NCBI RefSeq assembly: GCF_009834535.1
Contig: NC_045696.1
Span: 87,918,001 to 87,982,000 of the forward strand
DNA: 64,000 nt
DNA from: Camelus ferus
Lineage: Eukaryota
Direction of reading: 5' to 3'
This document shows, piece by piece, positions 1-12,997 of the stretch. The number at the start of each line of letters is the position of its first letter. Positions within the stretch are counted from its first letter, which is position 1. The notes below the pieces were generated by a model that saw nothing but the letters and a program-made list of their open reading frames with translations, did not search any database and was not told where the DNA came from. The position numbers and the translations under genes were made by a program.

Positions 1-344
1 TGAAATCCTCTAAGCAAGATAGAAGCATAAGGACCTGTCAGGTAAATGGAGCAGCACCATAAATAACAGAGCAGATCAGCCCACAGTATATTGGCTTTCG
101 ACCACCCACTAAATAATGTCCAAGGATGTGATTCTCAAGTACCTCACTACCAGCTTCCAGCCTCTTTCCAGACTCACCTCACCTTGATCCTTATCTTCTA
201 CTCTATAATATGAGCCAACAGGACTTGATCCATTAGTTGAGTTTAACAATATTTCCTACCTCAAGTCTTCTTTTCACTGTTTTGATCTATCCACTCATGA
301 GAGTCTACTTTGCCTGGTGAGATTCTGCTAATCCTTCAAAGTCC

Positions 345-873
345 TGTTAGGTAGTTAGATAAGTGGAGGCACCAGGCAGATGAGGTGGAGAAGAGGGAGG
401 ATGGTCCCAAAGATGGCACTGTGCCCACCTCCAGCATAAAAAGGCTTTACTTCCTCTAAATGAGTGCCAGCTTCAACTGCTTGGTAGTGACAAAGACCTC
501 CTAACTGGACATGACCCGATGCTCACTGTAATATAATTAACATTGTAATTTAAGCTCTCACTATGGGTTTTTCTGTGTGCATCACGGGTAAGGACATGTA
601 TAAAAGGGGGCAAACATGACTAAGCACTCCAGAGGCAAGAGCCGTCAATCAATCAAGACACCCACTCTAAGGAAAGGTATAAGAGAAGGGACAAAGACTG
701 CCACTTTTCCTCTCTTGGATCAGCCTTCCTCCTGTTCTTAGAGATGTACTTTCCCTTTGCTAAAAAACCTTTAAAATCTTCCACTACACAATGCCTGTCT
801 CCCATCTGAATTCTTACATTCTGGGTATGACAAGACCTGGGGTCTTTTCCCTTCCCCTTTTGGAGAAGTTTAA
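345..873 (+). mobile_element. Solo ERV LTR inserted into an old L2 fragment
   Basis: Starts TGTTAGGTAGTTAG (345) and ends ...GGAGAAGTTTAA. Flanked by direct repeat (aa)gtcc at 339-344 and 872-877. Removing it rejoins an L2-like 'atccttcaaagtcc|catacaaccatctcctcc' sequence. TATA-like and degenerate poly(A)-signal/U5-like sequence inside. Confidence 0.75.
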
Positions 874-2529
874 GTCCCATACAACCATCTCCTCCATAAA
901 GTTTGCCATCATTACCTCCTTTTTTATCCATTGTTTTTGGAAGCAAATCTCTCCCACTGAATGTTTACGGTAATATATGAATACATCACTCTTAACGTGC
1001 TCACTGTTTGTTGATTCCCTGTTTCTATGTCACATCTACTCAATAACTAGCACAGTTTATCATCTGGAAATTTTCTGTTAATTAAGATCACGTCACACTT
1101 GAAATAGATTGAAAATCAGAAAAAGGTGGCAGCTAGCGTGAGCAAATTAAAGGGTGGGCTTAACATAAAAAATGAGTAAATAAACAAGAAAATATTTCAC
1201 CAACAATTCTGCATTGGAAAGAAAAAGAAATAAAAAAGTGTATCTTCTAACACAAGTTATAACAATGAGATTAATCAGTTTAACAGGCTTCCATGACTAT
1301 TTCTAGCTTCTTTACATTTCTAGTTTCTGTGATCATGAATAACAAAAGCTAATCAACTCTTTCAACTGTAGGGCATCATCAGTGGAAACAGTTTTCAGAA
1401 AGAGCACTTCAGAAATGATTCAAAACCTCTAGTGGTTACAGGTGGAAAGGCAGGTTTGGGCCAAAACTGCAAATTGCTTAACCAGTCTTCAGATCACTAG
1501 TTCATTTCAAAGCCATTTGACCTGGAATAAGCCTGCTGAACCTAACTCTTACCTACCCTGAGATAAAAACTATCTAGAGGGACTAGACAATTGATTCCCC
1601 AAAGGACTCCAAAATGAAACAGTGACTAAGGTAGATAAAAGAGAAAAAGAAGCTCAGAACTTGAGCCACAAATTATTTACACTCTTAATTATGTTTTCTG
1701 AAATAGAATTTAAGTTGGGAATAGCTTCCAGTGAAAACTTAGATGTTTCCTAGAGCCAATCTAGTAAATTTATCTGAACTCATCAATTTAATCAAATAAA
1801 ATAATACTAGTCAAATATATTTTAACAAACACCATTACTGAAAAAACATGCCTAGGTAATAAAAATTAGCTTAAGCAACCTAAATAAATGGCTTCCTTAT
1901 GTTAAGCAACATTCAAATTGCAAAATTTCACTTTGAACAAGAATTTGAAAAAAACTTCTACATTCATTGCAATGGCTTACAAAATTAGCATCAAATATAA
2001 ATATAGTAATAGTTCCATATTAACATACCTCATTATTACATGTACCTGAATACATATTCATACACACACACACACACAAACATGAACATACACAAATGTC
2101 AGTATGATAACAGTATAAATAACACATGCTTTGGGAGTCCAGAGATCTGAATTTGAAATTTACCATCCCTGACTCTAATTTACTCTATGCCTTGTGGTTC
2201 AGCTCTGCTCCTTTAGAATTTAGTTTCAGAAGTAGAAAAGAGATGTTTGGACAACACGAATTTTGGTCTACATGTGCTTCTAGTAGTAACGGTGTACGGC
2301 TTCATGATCTTACATGATGAATAGGGTTGAGATAGTATGCACCTTAACCACAAGGGTGATAAATGTATTCTCCTCAGAACCAGTACTTCAAATAAAACAA
2401 GAAAAAATTATGTTCAAATAATAAGTCAGAGTAAGAAGACTTTCCCCTCATTCCTATCCTCTACCAGTTGCCTTTGGAGTTTTAGTATTCATTCTCTTCC
2501 TTACCCTTCCAAAGCATAGAAAATTAAAC

Positions 2530-3070
2530 ATTTATTCATTCTTTGAATGCATCATTTTAGACCATCAGTTTTGTGCCAGGGACTGTTCCTAGGCGGTGGA
2601 GATGCAGTGACAAACAGTACAGACAGGCTATCATAAATCTCATAGATCTTATAACTAGTGGGGGAGACAGATAATAAATAACAAGGCAAGATAGTCATGG
2701 AGTATGACAAGAGGTATGGAAGCAGCTAAGATAAAGCAGGTTGATCAAGAAAGACCCCTTGAAATCTTGAGACTCTGAGCTGAGACCAGAGAACAGGCCA
2801 TATGCCAACAATGTAAAGAAGTGGGGGCGTGCTTGCAGCAGACAGATGAGCAGAGACTAAGGTCCTGGGAGGAGAGAGGAATTGGTGGTTGGTCATTAGG
2901 ACCCATTTACTAAGCAGGACCATGGAGCACTGGTTTAAAACTTCTGTCAAGGATTGTCATGAAGCCATGCCTTGGATATTTTAACAAGAAAACAAGTCTA
3001 GGCTTTGGAGGTGTTCTTGACCCCTGTCTCAACCTCACTGGCCACATCCAGTTCATCAGCAAATCTTGTT
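2530..3070 (-). mobile_element. L2 LINE 3' fragments
   Basis: Typical reversed L2 3' end (tcattctttg...tgtgccagggactgttctagg...gatgcagtgacaaac...ctagtgggggagacagataataa) followed by further degenerate L2-like pieces. Confidence 0.65.
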
Positions 3071-3074
3071 TTAT

Positions 3075-3340
3075 GAAACCACAATAACTAACATTCATTG
3101 AATGCTTAAAAGGTGCCAGTTAGCCACCAAAGAGTTTTAAGTTTATTAACCCATTTAATCCTCACAACCTCCCTACTTTGTAAACACATTACCATTATTG
3201 TCCTCATTTTAAGTATGACCCCATGATGCATGTATGGATTGAGTAACTTGCAATGAAACACAGCTGTGATAAGATAAAGCCAAGATTCTAAGCAGCATGT
3301 CTGGGCTCCAGAGCCCAGGTTTTTCTTTATTACATTTCAC
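3075..3340 (-). mobile_element. MIR SINE
   Basis: ataactaacattcattgaatgctta...catttaatcctcacaacc...accattattgtcctcatttta...gagtaacttg...acacagct matches the reversed MIR core. Confidence 0.7.
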
Positions 3341-3504
3341 TCTCCTCTAAACTCCCATCAATTCTGTCACCTGCTTACTATCCCCACTGCCTTAGCTTTA
3401 TTTAGTTCAAAGGCTCATCTTCTCTTTGATTGGACTCATGCAAAGGCTCTACATCACTTCCACTGCTGCCACCATCTCTGCTTTCCAGAACATCCCTTAT
3501 GTCT

Positions 3505-4545
3505 ACACTGATGCCAGTGTGACATTGAACACCAAGCTGTTGGACACTTAGAATGTGTCTAGTCCAAACTGAGATGTGCTCTAAGCCTAACACACACACC
3601 AGATTTCAGAATGTAAAATATCTTTAACAATTTTCCCATTGATGACACATTTCAGTGCCTCCTAATCTGAGGCCCCAAGAGCTAGCAGCATCCAGACTTC
3701 CACTCTCTCTCAAGATGCTGCTGCCTGGCAGTGTGCTGCAAGAGAGCCCTCAACAAAGAAGGTCAGAAAGCTGGGTGCCCAGGGTTCAGTGTCTTGTCAC
3801 TAAGGGTGTCCTCCAACACAAAACAGCAGCATACTGCTCTGAAGAAATGTGTACAAAGGAAAATAAGGAAGAGGCTACAAAATTAACTTTTGGCCAAGAG
3901 AATGAAGGAGGCCAAAGAAAAACGCCAGAAACAGATCGCAAAGGCACAAAGCTTGTCCTCTCTGAGAGCTTCTACCTATAAGTCTAAATCCACTCAAAAA
4001 CAGGATTGTTCTAAGAGAAACAAATAAGATCAGATCCCCGCCCCCTCCTCCAAAAAAAAGCTTAGCAGCGTGTGAAGGGAGAGAATCCAACAAATAGTAA
4101 GCAGATGCAAGAGGAGCTGTTTTCTAAAGGAAAACACCTTTTAGAAAGGCTGCGTTAAAGAGATTTCTTGACCTTACTACTTCTCCGGGTCTTAAACACA
4201 GTGCCAATGTGCACACACAAACATGACACGGTTCCCAGGACCCCGCCACCTCCTTCAGCCATGGCAGGAGCTTTTTTGTACCCAGAGCGAGCACATCTAG
4301 GGAAGCACTTTGACCTCTCTGATTCCCCTTTCACACATGCTGTTACTAACTCAGCTTGTCCCCACTCCTAGCAGCAGATGGTCCATGGACCCCTTTCCCA
4401 ACCACCTAGTCACATGTCTGAGGGAGACCAGAGAGCTCTCTGGCTTCTGATCCCTAAAAAAAAAAAAAGTGTAAATTTTTAAAATTATAACATTTTGGAT
4501 ATATTGGGTTAAATAAAATACATTATTAAAATTGATTCTACTTGT
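3505..4545 (-). mobile_element. MER33-like hAT-Charlie MITE split in two (about 3505-3650 and 4478-4545) by the RPS6 retrocopy
   Basis: Left half aatgtgtctagtccaaactgagatgtgct...acacaccagatttc...aatgtaaaatatc...attgat. Right half ataacattttggatatattgggttaaataaaatacattattaaaattg continues the recalled MER33 consensus where the left half stops. Confidence 0.8.
3653..4059 (+). pseudogene. RPS6: 5'-truncated processed pseudogene of 40S ribosomal protein S6 (C-terminal half plus 3' UTR)
   Basis: Intronless match to the RPS6 3' CDS: VQCLVTKGVLQHK (cf. IQRLVTPRVLQHK), ENKEEA, and cttttggccaagagaatgaaggaggccaaagaaaaacgccag ([14 protein letters not shown]) ... tcctctctgagagcttctacc (SSLRAST). Then 3'UTR aaataagatcaga and an A8 tract at 4052-4059. 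Multiple frameshifts. Confidence 0.95.
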
Positions 4546-6959
4546 GTGATAAGGATGAAAGAGAAAGAGGGAGGGTAGGAAGGGTGATCTACCCTGATGG
4601 ACAGCAGAATCGTGAAATCAGGGCAACAAACACAGGAAGTCTGTTTCCTAGGGATGATTGTACCTGAGAAAGGTCACTTCAAGTGAATCTATAGAAAATG
4701 AAAAACCAAAATTTCACAATAACTATTTTTATATGTTTAATTCAGATTTTATATTGAACAAATGAAGCTGAAAACACTATGTTAGTTTTTATCTTGTGTT
4801 TTAAAAGATGTGTATAATTGAAACTATCCTGGATTCTTAAAATGAACTAAGAATGGACCAATTTGGTTAAATTGGGAGTACCACACAACTTCTCTTCACA
4901 TGCAACTTTCACAGCACAATAATAAAAGTCAGTTTCACAGATGCATTCAAGGGCTTCATTAATTTTCTCAAGGGCCTCTTTATCATCTTTTCAAAGTCAA
5001 ATCATTCCCTTTTAAAATAAGTTATCTGGTTCTCATCCTTGTCAATTTTCTATCTTATTGGTATCTAGTTTTAACTCCCTTGCTTGTCAATTGCTTTGTT
5101 TTGGTTTAAGCAGTTTGCCAGTACCACTTTCATGTGCTTCATCTAGAACTCTTTTTTAAAAAATTGTAATTATACTTTATAATCATTTAGTTTTCATTTG
5201 TTGTTGTATTGCCCTAAGTTGCAACAAGAGATTGGCCCTCAAAGATGCTGGAACAATGGGCCAGACACACTAGCATTGAACAAATAGGGACATTTGAGTG
5301 TAGACTAATTTTCATACATCATCAGTTCATACTAAATAATTTCTGGTTACAGTAACTATTGCTTCTCTAGAAAATGTTGTAACTTCAGGGATACAGAAAA
5401 TGAAAATGTAGTTATGGAGGGCCTCTGTTAAGTAAAGGACAAAATTAAAATTATAGTCAAGACAGTACACCATTAGAGAGAAAAGCAGAACTTGGGATAT
5501 AGCATCTAGTGTCTTCTACCAAAGTCTTCATTTTGTAATTAGGAAAATGATCTGTCAAACCTTTGAAGGGAAATCTTCTGAAGGAAGTCTCCAAGAAGGG
5601 AAGATAGCCAGAGAGAACACCTTTCTCCCCTACATGAATTGGAAGAAGCTCTGCTGGGAAACAGAAGTAGAACAGAGTTGTTCTATGCACTGAACTAGAT
5701 CCTCTAAGCAAGAAAGTCAAAACTGTGTCATTATTTCACAAGATGCCTAGAAGAGGCTCAGAACTGCAAATTATGTATAAGGCCTAAAGCTGAGAAAAAA
5801 CTGTTTCTGTTTTAGAATTACAAAATATCCAATCTGAGCAGATTGTGTGGGAGGAACATCAAGCTTATTAAAAATGTTTTTTTTCTTCTCCCAAAGTTTC
5901 CCCTGCCTCAGGCTAAGCAGCTCCTAGCCCAAGGTGACACTGAAGTGGATGGAGAAGCCAGTTATAATCAAAGAGCTGTCAAGGATTTGCTATTGGAGTT
6001 GACACTGCCCCACTAACTAACCATGTTTGTAGAGTTATTGACAACTTTAAACATCACAGCTAAAAATCAGATTGCAGTGCTCTTCCAGGATAGAAAGTCT
6101 CACTATATCTAGGCTTCATAGAAAAAACAAAGAATTTATGAAATGTAAACAAAATAGCCTAGAAGTATTTGAGAGTGAGCTATCCCTACAAATGCCTCCT
6201 GTGTCTATTTTTGTTTGCCTGAGTCCACCTTCATGCACTTGACAAGTGCTGACTCTGGGCCTGCAAAGTGTTGGCCACAATGCTGGGCAGCATTGATGAA
6301 AAAGGTTCAATGTCCCCTTCATACGACCCCGTAGATGTATCAGCTAGTTTGGGCAGATTGTTGAGCTGGTAGAACACACAGTTTGATTGTTTTTCCATTG
6401 ATTTGTGATTGGTTTTCTATTGATTTGGCAGACAAATTCTCTAGCATCATCTGCACGACTCCCAGTCCTATGGGCTCTAACTTGGCGTGGACAACTACTT
6501 AACCCTCACCCATAGACTAAGCTGCCTTCCAATACCGGGTATAAATAAAGGCCCAACTAAATCAGTTCCCTCAAATCAGTCACACCATTGACTCTGCCTG
6601 GCTTTGGTAATCACTGCCTTGTAAGTCCTTTTCTCCTGAGTTTTAGCTCCCTCACCTCTCCTTCAGCTCACTGAAACATCTGGACCAGCCATCAGACCCC
6701 CCAGAATCGTTCACCTAATTTGATGTTTGATAAAGTGTGGTTCATGGATACCTACCTGCATTGGAATAACCTGGTCGCTGGGCCCCACCTAGACCAGCTG
6801 AATGAGAGAGAGAGAGAGAGAGAAGGACAGACTCAGAGAAAGGGAGAGACAGAGATGGACAAACAGGAGAGAGCAGGAGAGGGAGGTGGGGAGCAAGGAA
6901 AAAAAGGGGGTTTGTTTTGGTGGCAGAGTGTCAGACTGAATTTTATCAAGTGCCCCCAA

Positions 6960-7612
6960 GTGGTTTTCACACTTTATTCCAAATGCTGTAGGTTTCCTCC
7001 TACCTCAACTGGTCATTCTTTCTCAGTCTGGTTGGCTGGTTCTGTTTTATCTCATGACGGCCAAGTCATCGTAAATACTACAAGACTCAGTTCTTGGAAT
7101 TCCTCTCCTTTCTATCTACATTCATTTCCCTGCCATCCCTTGGTTTTAAATGCCATCTGGTCACTCTCAAATTTTTAAACCCAGCATGGCCATTTCCCAT
7201 GGAGTCCAACTGTCTAGTTGACATCTCCATTGAGTGTCCAATAGACATCCAACATGTAATGTATCCAAAGCTGAGTTCGGGATCTTCATCTTCAAATCCA
7301 CTTCTCCTTTGATCTTTTCCTACCTCAGCAGTGGCAACTCCCCAACTCAGTTACGTACCCCAAATGGCATCATCTTTTTACTTATAACTTCCTCCCTCTC
7401 CTGTACTCCTCACATCCTTCTCTGCTTGATTTTCTCCATAGTCCTTGTCACCATATAACATACTAAATACTTTCTTTTGCCAACTGTCACCCACAGCCCC
7501 ATCAGAAGGACAAAGATTATTGATTTTTTTTCTCACTGTTACATCTTTAGTTTATAAAATAATGCTCAGTTCATAGCAGGCACTCAGTAAATATTTGTCG
7601 AATAAATGGAAC
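6960..7612 (+). mobile_element. L2 LINE 3' portion
   Basis: tttcctcctacctcaactggtcattctttctcagtc...tccaactgtctagttgacatctcc... ends with the canonical L2 tail aggcactcagtaaatatttgtcgaataaatg. Confidence 0.85.
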
Positions 7613-7927
7613 AGTTACTAACACATAGGCACTTAATAGGCTACAATGTGAAAGTCTAAGACAGTGAACATGAACATGACCTCAGACTCTACCCGCCAGG
7701 CAACAAGAAGACACTCTACTATTATTCCCTCCCATGCCCATCAAATGATTGACTACCAATATTTCCAAACGTTATCAGCATCACCACCACCATCCTTATC
7801 GAGGTACTGACAACATAGTATCTAGCTGGAAACACTGCCATAAGAAATCATGTGTGTAAGACCCAAGGGCAGAATATCTTATTCATTCCAAAGGAAGCTC
7901 TCCCTGAATCAGATTTGTAGTCTAAGC

Positions 7928-8235
7928 AGTCGGTTCAAACCTGGCAGACCAAGTCTGCACATTTATCTGTTTGGCCTACACTATCTTAATTTTGTTAATG
8001 CTATGCCAATACTTCAGTATTAGGAGACTGCATGTAAAAATCCAGATTTCCAGTTTATTCTGTGTGATGAGTAGATCTGATTGTGCTGGGCCTGCATTTC
8101 TACACAGTAGTTGTCAGCAGATCTAACAACTGCCCCCTCCTGACTGGGGCCGCTCTCTCTCGTTGCCACAACTGCTGTCCTGCCAGATTCACGTTCCCTT
8201 CCTGGTCTCTGTGGGCATTTGAGTTGGCAGCTGAC
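7928..8235. mobile_element. MER102-like hAT-Charlie DNA transposon remnant
   Basis: gtaaaaatccagatttccag...gctgggcctgcatttc...ctggtctctgtgggcatttgagttg resembles the recalled MER102 consensus. Confidence 0.6.
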
Positions 8236-10008
8236 TCAACAGCCTAGATTTTTGCAAAGAACTAGTACTTAAGATCTCGGCTCTTAGTGCTGGAAAACAA
8301 AAACATATAGGCTAAAAAAGTACTCCTCTGGGGGAAATCCACTGGTTAAATGCTCTATCAAGTTAGGGGCTCACGATTTTTTAAACCAAACAAACCAAGC
8401 AGAAATGCTCTACAGTATATTAATGATTGCTCATTGGTGCCATTTCTGTGAGAAGAGGAACAAAAATACTTTTGGTTTCATCCAAAACAAGAAGTGAAGA
8501 TTCAGAAGGCTGGAGAATGCATCCCCATTACTTTCAAAGGAGTCTGCAGTGAAAAATCCTATCTATCTTACATTCAGCACACAGCCTTCATTTGCTGACA
8601 GATGGTCATTCTAAGTGTCATGGTCTGTCTCAACATATAATGAAAACTATATAAACCTTCTGTTGCACAGCAGAGGCGTGAGGCTTAAACACCTGTTTCA
8701 AATTACTGATACCATAAACATTCTTGGAAATTGGAAAACCTTGTGTTTTAAGAAAGTCAGAGGTGTCAGAGCCAAGCACACTAAGCTGAGTAGGCTTGAG
8801 TCCAGTAGCAGTTAAAAAAATTATACCTGTAGCTACTGGCAAACAGCTGATGGTAATAATGATATTACCAAGTGGCAATACAGTTAGAACCTACTGCTAG
8901 GGAAATCCTGTATATTCTTAAAAGTACTTAAACTAATGCTGTATATTTTACGTTACATTCTCTTCTCTTTTCAATGTGTTAGCTCTGGAACGCTTGTTGG
9001 GGGAAATTTTTAAGGTGGTGATGTTTTGAGGTTGTAATTAATAGAAAGATTAGTGACACTCCATTAATCCTTTTTATGTCCATCAACTGATAGATTGTCA
9101 ATATTACACTCAAGAAACTAAGCTGCTAACATTTCAGCTCATCTAGCAATTTCATCTAAAGAACAGATCCGAGTTCTTGTCAGTCTACAATGAAGCTGTC
9201 ACTGCATTTCTCTGATTCCTTCAGGGAAACATCTGCCTACTTGAAACTTTCATAATGAAGCACTGTCAAATTACTGAAGGGCTGCATATCATTCAATAAT
9301 TAACCTGGAAAGACTGCATGCCAGTGGCATCCAGCCATGACAAACAGTTATTGTCCCCGTTACCTATCTGAAAAAGAGGTTAAATGTTCTGAAACAGACA
9401 TTCTGCCTTCCACTTTATGGGTATATATCAGTTATTTAATAAGCTTTTCATTTTGCACTATATGAAAATCAGAGGTAGTTTTTAGTGTATTGATTGACTG
9501 GTAAGTCTGCTTTTAAAATAATCTAATCTTTAGAGTAATTATGCAGTTGAGTCTGACTTCAAGATTGGAGGGCTGCAAATAGCTTGTCAGAATGTCAATT
9601 GGCATTGCCTTTTACATCCATGACAGTTTGAGTTATATGAACACTGTAATCAGTCTTGCCAAAACACACAAAAATAAATTCCACATAAATAAATGAACAT
9701 TTGAAACCCATCGTATTTCCCATACACAGATACTCAGGGTTCAATTATCACCATGGATCAGGCTGGACAATTTTTTCATTGCTGTACCACTTGACAAATA
9801 TTTGAAGAAACAATACTTACTAAGCTAATAGCATTTCAATGAATTAAAATAGTGTTTACTAAAATCTATCACAACCCTACACTTGACTCTTAGTGGACCA
9901 AAAATACAATTTCTACTTTTATATATATATTACTTATAAGCAAGTATAGAGATTATATTTATTAATTAAATCTCTGTAGGGATTTATTTGTTAAAACTTG
10001 TACCCATA

Positions 10009-11228
10009 GGTCACAAGGATGGTTCAACAAGTGCAAATAAATCAATGTGATAAATCACATGAACAGAAGAAAGGACAAAAACCACATGATCACCTCAAAA
10101 GATGCAGAAAAAGCATCTGACAAAACTCAACATCCATTCACTATAAAAACTCTTACCAAAGTGGATACAGAGATCCCTTATCTCAATGTAATAAAAGCTG
10201 TGTATGACAAGCACAGCCAACATAATACTCAACAGTGAAATCTTGAAAGCCTTTCCACTAAAATGGAACAAGGTAAAGATGCCCACTCTCGCCACTTCTA
10301 TTCAACATAGTATTGGAATTCCTAGCCATAGCAATCAGACAAGAAAATAATAGGAATCCAAATTGGAAAAGAAGGGGTAAAATTGTTACTATATGCAAAT
10401 GACATGATACTATATATAGAAAACCCTAGAGACTCCACACAAAAACTGCTAGAGCTGATAAATTCAAGAAAGGGGGCAGGTTATAAGATTAACATACAGA
10501 GAACTGAAAATCAAAACTACAATGAGGTACCACCTCACACTGGTCAGAATGGCCATAATTAAAAAGTCCATAAATGATAAATGCTGGAGAAAGTGTGCCA
10601 TATGATCCAGCAATCCCACTCCTGGGCATATAGCCAGAGAAAACTCTAATTTGAAGAGATGCATACACCCTAATGTTTATAGCAGCACTATTTACAATAG
10701 CTAAGACATGGAAGCAGCCTAAATGTCTGTGAGATGATTGGAAAAAAGATGTGATGTACATATACAGTGAGATATCAGTCATAGAAAAGAGTGAAATAAT
10801 GCCATTTGCAGTAACGTGGATGGAACTAAAGATTTTCATACTAAGTAGAAGTCAGACAGAGAAAAGACAACTATCATATGATATCACTTAAATGTGGAAT
10901 CTAAATAAGTGACATAAATGAACTTATTTACAAAACAGATACAGTCACAAAACAAACTTACAGTTACCAAAGGGGAAAGAGGGAGGAAGAAGGATAATTG
11001 GGAGTTTGGGATTAGCAAATACAAACAAATATATACAGAATAGATAAACAACAAGGTCCTACTGTAGAGCACAAGGAACTATATTCAATATCTTACAATA
11101 ACTTATAATAAAAAACAGCATTTTATATATATATATACATACACATATATGTATAACTCAATCACCATGCTATACACCAGAAACTAACACAACATTGTAA
11201 ATCAGCTATAATCCAATTGAAAAAAAAA
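10009..11228 (+). mobile_element. 5'-truncated cetartiodactyl L1 (ORF2 RT region to 3' UTR and poly(A)), internally deleted, with TSD
   Basis: ORF2 peptide remnants ([18 protein letters not shown]; the conserved FADD region reads atatgcaaatgacatgat). 3' UTR ...aaacaacaaggtcctactgtagagcacaaggaactatattc... then poly(A). TSD aaaacttgtacccata (9993-10008) / aaaacttgtactcaca (11225-11240) at a TT/AAAA site. Confidence 0.95.
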
Positions 11229-12997
11229 CTTGTACTCACAAAGTGAATACTTGTTTCAACATTAAAAAGAAAAAAATTCCCTTTTACTTTTTTAAAAAAT
11301 ATTTTCTATGTGGCTTAAAAAAATCAGACTATCAAAAATATGTAAGATAACCGTATGCCTCTCAATTCCACAATCTCACTCCCCAGAGAAAAGCAGTGAA
11401 CAACATTTCGTCTCTCACCTCCAAAATCTGAATGTCTATCTTATGAATGATATTGTACTCATTGTTCTGTACCTTGCTATTTTTATTTAATAATGTATTT
11501 TGGACAGTTTCTCATACTCTGATGTCAGGATAGACCTACTGCATTCTGTTTAACAGACGCATACTTTTCCACTGAATGGACATATTATAATTTATTTAAA
11601 TGTTCTTTTACTTCTAGTTATTTTGTTTGCCTACTGTTTTTAGCTGCTACAACAATGCTGCAATGAACAAAAGAATGACTTTCTAATAGCATTATTTAAA
11701 AGTGGAACAAGTTTCTTTGAGAAATTGAGGAAATTATCCAAACTTCTACAAGTGAGGAGGGCTAGAAGAACTTCTAGCTCCATGATTCTTGCAGTCAGCC
11801 TCTCTCTTAGCATCAGGATCAGCCCATAGAATTTACTCCCAAATGTTCATTTATGTCCTCTTCATGGGTCTCATCATAGTCAGTTACATCTATAAGCTAG
11901 GGAATCCCACAGCTATTCAAGGCAGGAGTATATGAAGGTTTCAAAAAGCATCTCTTTTTCCATGTCTCTCTCTTCCTCTCTGTCTTCACAAATACACACA
12001 TACATACATACACACACACATTTCAAACAGATTAGTGGAACATTTAAATTATGATTGTATTCCATATTTTTGGTCCCCAAACCTCTTAGGTGTCCCTCTG
12101 GTGTTGGGAAAGCCTAAAAGAAGACCCAAAAAAGTAGTCAGACTTACAGAATCTTTGGAGATGATGGAGTGCTCATGACATCATGGAAGTGAGAGTATGG
12201 ATGCCCCCAAGCTAGCTCCAAAATAAACATTTAAACAAAAATCAGAAAATACCTTTCTTCAATTTCACAATGCCCCTTCAATTTATAAGCTTGCTTTTAA
12301 CCAACATTTTCTGATGGTTATAGGAAAAGTATTATAAGGAGATACTGGGGGAAATCAGCTGTTCATTGTCTTGAGTTCAATAACTTTTGTCTCAAAAGTT
12401 CCTCTCTTGCCATCTCCTCAGGTTCTTCAGGCATCTTATGATACTCAGCTTGTGCCCCACCCCAATTTCCTGTATCAATCAGTCAAATTCATTGAAAGAA
12501 GGCACCCCTTACTCCTGTGAACTTTCCATCTATTCATCAAAGGGCCGTAGACCTCCCACACTGTAAGCGGGTAAGCACCGTGTAGAGTCAACTGGTTATG
12601 ATGAATTCCAAATTTGAGTTGCCTACCAATACGTAGATAACTCACTGAGTCATAGCAACTTTTCTTCTATAAATACACTACAGCTCAAAGTCTTTTGAGA
12701 AAAGTGGTAACTTCTTAATAAACCTCTGGATCTTAAATTATTTATTTTTTGGTCACTTCATTTCTAGTATATATAATATAAATTATATATGTGTAACCCA
12801 TGTTGCAGTATTTCTAGTATATATGTATATATAATTCTAGTATTTATTTCTAGTATATATATGCTGCAATCCATGTTGCAGTGTACATGCATCTTTTCTC
12901 TTATGTGATGATTGCCTTATGCAAGTAACAAATTTGAATTATTTTCAGTAATCTTTTAAACACTACTATTCATTTGTTTGGTTTTCAGTTAATCTTC

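Noticed and set aside
3655..3981. 108-aa ORF as a functional gene
   Set aside because: It is a frameshifted mosaic of RPS6 pseudogene frames with a GTG start.
6720..7458. 152-aa and neighbouring ORFs
   Set aside because: They run through a MER5-like fragment, an (AG)n tract and L2 sequence, with no coding signature.
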